64,000 nt of DNA, taken from positions 190,307 through 254,306 of the forward strand of contig NMRA01000382.1 in NCBI GenBank assembly GCA_002633005.1, given 5' to 3'. The position numbers and the translations under genes were made by a program. The notes below the pieces were generated by a model that saw nothing but the letters and a program-made list of their open reading frames with translations, was not told the origin of the DNA and did no database searches. Of this stretch, positions 61,231-64,000 are shown one piece after another. Position 1 is the stretch's first letter. The number at the start of each line of letters is the position of its first letter. This DNA comes from Phoronis australis. Lineage: Eukaryota; Animalia; Phoronida.

Positions 61231-64000
61231 CTCTATTAATTGGGTCACATGACTGTTTGTTTTCAGATTATGAAGGTTAGCAAAAACAATGGTACATAAT
61301 AAGCAAAACAAACGTATCCGTAACCTGACCAAATTCTTTTCAGTATAAATGTTCAAGAAAAAATCTCAAAAAGGTGTTAAAGTTAAAAATCATGATTTCG
61401 ATTTCCTTTTACGGAACTTTTGATTTGTTTCATAAAATTCATAACAGTCCTATTTTTTGATAGCACCTCCTGTAAAAGTGAAGAATTTTAAAAACAATAA
61501 TATTACTAATAGAATTTTGTAGAAAAGTGCATAAATCGTGGCGCCGGAAAGCCAATTCAGAGATAACACGTTCCGAAATTTGTCAAATTTGGACATGTTC
61601 AGGGTGCCACGTGTTGCAACCTTTAGGGTCCCTCCCCCGGTTTAGCTGGTTGAATAAAATGGAAAATCGAATGAACTCTTTTACTCTCATAAAATCAGTC
61701 TCATAATATGCGTTCAGTACCGTGATGTGATTTTATTTCCGAAATGAAAATATTTGCTAGTTGAAGAAGTACAGATACTTTTGCATAAGTGTGGATACAT
61801 TGTAGAGTTTGAATCTTGACCTACATGTATTCCAATACAATCGTGTTATACAATGCATATGTTCTAATAAAGCACTTTGCACAACTTATTGCAAATCAAT
61901 ATCATAATTTCATTTTCGTTACATCTAAACTGCACTTTTTGTCTAAAGGTAGTCTTCGAGCTCCTGATATGATGTATATTCATAGTACCGTGCGACGGAT
62001 GCAAGAAATAAGAAATAAACTCGCCTTACGTGCAATCCACTCTTTCCCAGGGCTACGAGAGGCATGTTCAGATAGATGGCGCTGCAACAGAGTGTATAGT
62101 GGCATCTTCTGACGTGCACTATACATATAGCTTTCTGGGGTATTTCTTTTTGAGGGTGGCCTTTGCTTTGTTTTCCTCGGTTCAGATCATAACATGAATG
62201 TTGTCAACGGAAAATGACAAGAACATTCTATTACTACAAATTGTTTATGTTCACTAATGCAAAGTTTCTGCTAATATTTTGGACTGAAGTCACATTGAAA
62301 CAACTTGTTAGGGTATTGTTTTGGTTCAAGTAAAAATGATGAGATTTTTAAGTGAATTGAAAAAGAAAGAGGATGTTTAAATCATCTGTGATCTACATGT
62401 ATATAAGAAATTAAATCAGTCGTCGAATGCATGTCCAGGTTCGTGTGTTTTCACGTCCGGACAATCGATTTGTTAAAGATTAAAATAAGAAAGTTACTCA
62501 ACGAAATCCCGAAATTATCATCAAATTATCATGTTGCCATGGTAACGTTTTGGTTGCGAGCATTTCGGTTATTTACCTAAAGGCCCTTTCCTATACCTTC
62601 AAGTTCGCTACAATCGAAGTGTCCATTTTAACTGTGCTTAATCCCGAAGATAAGCGTGATTTGTACAGTAGTTCAGCAAAGTCGCATGGCGGCGCTAATA
62701 TGATTTTCAGCTTCTGCAAATATGGACGGTGCATTCTCAAACGTTCATTGATTTTTTATGTTTTTAAGGAAAGTATCTGCAAGCAAATAGACAAAATGAA
62801 ACAGAAAGATAACACTGCCAAAATGGCAAATATTGGACCAAAATACTAAAAAATTTTAACCAGTTATCGCCCGCTGTTGGCGAACGCAGTGACGCCTATT
62901 GATCACCCCGATGGCATCGAAGTGTTTTCGTTATATTGCGACATCGACGATTCGTTGTTAAATCTGCGTCTTAATTTCGGAGTTAACTGGCGATGTTGAC
63001 TTCGATAACTAAACTAAATTATGCTGCCACTGACCGATGCTTCTGTACATGTAATACTGAAGCTTCGGAGGCAGTGGGAAAGGCATTTAACACTAGCAAA
63101 CACGATTAGTTCTCATATTTTGTTAAGATGTTCGTGAGTTGGAAGAACTTTTATTCTAATTGTCGCGCATGCCGAAAGGGTACTTTTATGTTAACCCACC
63201 CAAGTAAAGTCTTCGCCAAATCTTTAAACAAGCGGGAAGCTTTCAGCAGCATGGTTCTTCATCTCTCAGCAAACAAAACAGATAGGATAACATAAATAAT
63301 CTATTAAATACATATAAACACATAACGTACCTGCCTACGCAAACGTTTAGCTACGATTTAATGACAAATTTGATTAAGTGTTCCATAATGTATAATGTAT
63401 GGATTTTCGTTCAGTTCGCCACAGTTTTTCTGGTAACATTTCATGACATATAGGCAAAAGGTCAACGTAAGATAAATAATTTCAAATCTGTTATCATCAG
63501 ATCGTCTTTTCATGTTCCCAATCATTTGTGTGTCAACACCACGCGCGTGTGAATCGGACCACATCGTGAGTGTTTGCAGCTTTCGCCGGTCTCGGCGGTG
63601 AACATCAGAATTTAATTTATTAGATTCTTGGCATGTGCTTCACTGATATCCAATGAGCTTGTGTTCGTCTCTCTTTTCAGTGAAACTGACTTTTGACGAG
63701 TGGGTGCTTCTGCCATTTAGATGCTTAGTCGAATGCCACTACGTACCTCGGCAACAAAATCCTTTGTACATTGCATGGTTTGCTGTTCTGGTTGCAAAAA
63801 TACAAGCAACGGAGTTTGGAGGACATTTCACATCACAAAAACCTAGGGAAAATGTTCTAAAGAGTGGCCAGGCAGTTGCATAATTGGGGTTAGTTTACTA
63901 CTGTGCACTAGATCATAGGCGGATTACGGCCGGGGTCAACCCCCCTTCGAGCACGCCGAAACGGTTTAAATCTTCTGGAAACCTTAAGCTTAACGAAAAA

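Overview
AT-rich, repeat-dense metazoan (invertebrate-like) genomic DNA with one assembly gap (6963-7687). A + strand host gene is spread across the window as symmetric phase-1 exons: one WSC exon, four kringle exons (the last two are recent duplicates), a 21-nt micro-exon and two weaker candidate exons. The intron between the duplicated kringles holds a ~6.3-kb internal fragment of an endogenous Maverick/Polinton (adintovirus-type) virus. Its genes, in order, are a PC4-like ssDNA-binding protein, packaging ATPase, pVII-like core protein, a conserved hypothetical protein, chromodomain integrase, a small 2-TM protein, minor capsid, a pX/pVI-like basic protein and a major capsid with a nonsense codon and 3' truncation. 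No DNA polymerase, protease or TIRs were found. Most viral genes are preceded by a TATA-like/TCAKTC core promoter at 28-30 bp spacing. The remaining introns hold decayed LINEs (L2/CR1 including a 2A-like motif, Tx1/L1, Hero-like), a Penelope GIY-YIG remnant, a solo LTR with TSD, three THAP remnants, a Sola-like transposase remnant, MITEs, palindromic AAAACTTAAGTTTT arrays and a tRNA-like sequence. All family assignments come from motif recognition by eye; no searches were run.
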